Positions 19,328 through 20,858 of a stretch of DNA of 20,858 nt are shown in pieces (position 1 is the stretch's first letter; each line of letters opens with the position of its first letter). The DNA lies in assembly GCF_004010195.1 (NCBI RefSeq), contig NC_057750.1, positions 316,734 to 337,591 of the forward strand. Direction: 5' to 3'. This DNA comes from Chiloscyllium plagiosum (lineage: Eukaryota). Under the pieces are notes generated by a model. The model was not told the origin of the DNA. It searched no databases and saw only the letters and a list, made by a program, of their open reading frames with translations. The position numbers and the translations under genes were made by a program.

Positions 19328-20070
19328 CCCCGCCCCCATACTGTGAAAGATTGTCAAAGACACGAACTATCGACAATCCATCGGAGGTGACTTCAGTCCA
19401 CATTTACAGAAATGAAACAAACACAACGAGATTGTAGCGAAACCTGAACTTGCACTTTTCAGAAAACTTGCTTTTGCGGCATCTTCGCCTCAGCCGGAAG
19501 CAGAGACTTTCCTTATTAAGGAGATAAAAGTCCAGCGGGAGTAACTAGTGATTATTGCTACGTTTCCTCGTTCAGACGGACTGAAATGAATGCAGTTGCA
19601 CTTTGCGGATGTACAAAGTTAAAAATCACACAACGCCAGTCTATAGTCCAGCAGTTTATTTGGAAGCACTGGCTTTCGGAGTGCTGCTCCCTCATCAGGT
19701 GGTTGTGGATGTAGGTAGCAGACATTAAATATCCCGAAGGATGGCTCTTAATGTTTTCCTCAAAACGACCAGAGCGCAAGGGAATGCAACAGCCCTCGCT
19801 CTGAAAGGCATATGTTGTGGATTTTTAAACATATATATACATAAACACTTTGAATGAATGATCCTCCTCAGAATCCGATGTCCTAGAAGTCGGAGAGTAA
19901 CGCACTCGTGGTGAACCGAGAAGGTATGAAATGGTTTAATTGTTTTTTTAATCGTTCGGGCGCCGACTGGGGGGATGTTGTGTTTCAGTTGCAGACTGGC
20001 AGGCCGCAGGCGAAGATTTCAAATTTCCCGCTGGTTTGGCAGCAGACGAGCGAGCGAATGATTGTTGGCA
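19328..20070. promoter_or_regulatory. CpG-enriched putative promoter region
   Basis: Visibly many more CpGs than the rest of the unique DNA; GC box ccccgccccc 19328-19337, ETS ccggaag 19494-19500, TTCAAA+TTTCCCGC 20018-20031. Confidence 0.55.
19605..19708 (-). mobile_element. Penelope-derived terminal fragment with near-intact hammerhead core
   Basis: Minus strand cac-CUGAUGA-g-GGAG(cagca)CUCC-GAAAgccA-gug; related to the arms at 10969-11147. Confidence 0.8.
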
Positions 20071-20099
20071 CCCCAGTAGGTTTCAAGAGTGGCAGGGCC

Positions 20100-20192
20100 C
20101 AAACCAGAAATTGCTGGAGAAACTCAGCACGTCTGTCAGCGTCTATGCAGAGAGAAAGCAGAGTTAACACTTCCAGATTAGTGACCCCTTTC
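20100..20192 (-). mobile_element. Degenerate Penelope-derived terminal fragment
   Basis: gctggagaaactcagcacgtctgtcagcgtctatgcagagagaaagcagagttaacac matches 9118-9198. Confidence 0.6.
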
Positions 20193-20476
20193 CCACTTCC
20201 TGGCCAGTGGTCTTACACCACTCCTAAGTATCCCATATTTCTGTTCAGGGAACAAAGTTACAATTTTTGGTCAAATGATATTGGATTAGATAGGTATGTG
20301 CGGATGGGCCAAAGGGCCTCTGTGACAACGTTTAGGTCAAATCAATTGGGTTTAAGACTCCATTTGTCCAAGTGCTCGTTCTCAATGGTTGGATCTGTCA
20401 TTGCAATCTGTTAGAAATAAATTTTCGGATGAAATGTTTTGGTGGCTATGTTACCCATGCTGACTATCAGAATGAT

Positions 20477-20710
20477 TGGGCAGTATAGTACATGGTATAG
20501 AATCAGTACTGATGCCCCACAGTCCCAGGGACCCAGATTTGATTCCAGTCTCAGGTGACTATCTGTGTGGAGTTTGCACATTCTCCCCGTGTCTGCGTGG
20601 GTTTCCTCCCACAGTCCAAAGATGAGCAGGTTATGTGGATTGGCCATGCTAAATTGCCCGTAGTGTGCAGGTTAGATGGACTAGCCATGGGAAGTGCAGG
20701 GTTACAGGAA
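20477..20710 (+). mobile_element. V-SINE (HE1-like), decayed head, internal deletion
   Basis: V-domain tgtgtggagtttgcacattctccccgtgtctgcgtgggtttcctcccacagtccaaagat matches 8460-8540 apart from one deletion. Confidence 0.9.
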
Positions 20711-20739
20711 TGAGTTATAGAATGCCATTCACAGGATTG

Positions 20740-20824
20740 GGAGAAAATGATGACTGGAGATCAGAGTCAAAGAGTGTGGCACTGGAAAAGCACAGCTGGT
20801 CAGGCAACAGCCAAGGAGCAGAAG
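20740..20824 (-). mobile_element. Penelope-derived terminal fragment (same family as 4081-4160)
   Basis: ggagaaaatgatgactggagatcagagtcaaagagtgtggcactggaaaagcacagctggtcaggca. Confidence 0.7.
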
Positions 20825-20858
20825 TCATAGAGTCGTAGAGATGTACAGCATGGAAACA
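20825..20858 (-). mobile_element. CR1 LINE 3' tail, continuing beyond the window
   Basis: tcatagagtcgtagagatgtacagcatggaaaca matches 14857-14884. Confidence 0.7.

Noticed and set aside
19908..20414. 168-aa plus-strand ORF
   Set aside because: GTG start, runs through a Penelope-derived fragment, no recognisable domain

Overview
Eukaryotic, repeat-dominated genomic DNA, most likely from a cartilaginous fish (shark). This is inferred from HE1/V-SINE-type and SacSINE1/Deu-type SINEs and CR1 LINEs with (TTCTATG)n tails. Most of the window is decayed retroelements: more than 10 CR1-clade LINE fragments (APE endonuclease and RT remnants), several tRNA-derived SINEs, an L2-like fragment, and a Penelope-like element (GIY-YIG endonuclease, inverted terminal repeats, 13-bp TSD). 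There are also about six short Penelope-derived elements, several carrying minimal hammerhead-ribozyme cores; two cores in the window look intact. Two assembly gaps are present (5530-6506, 14060-14200). No intact protein-coding gene is recognisable. A CpG-enriched stretch at about 19.3-20.1 kb has a compound E2F/CHR motif and looks like a promoter. A few weak, unidentified minus-strand exon candidates lie to its left, two of them apparently split by retroelement insertions. I see no clearly new biological system; the best leads are the hammerhead-bearing palindromic elements and the possible decaying minus-strand gene.
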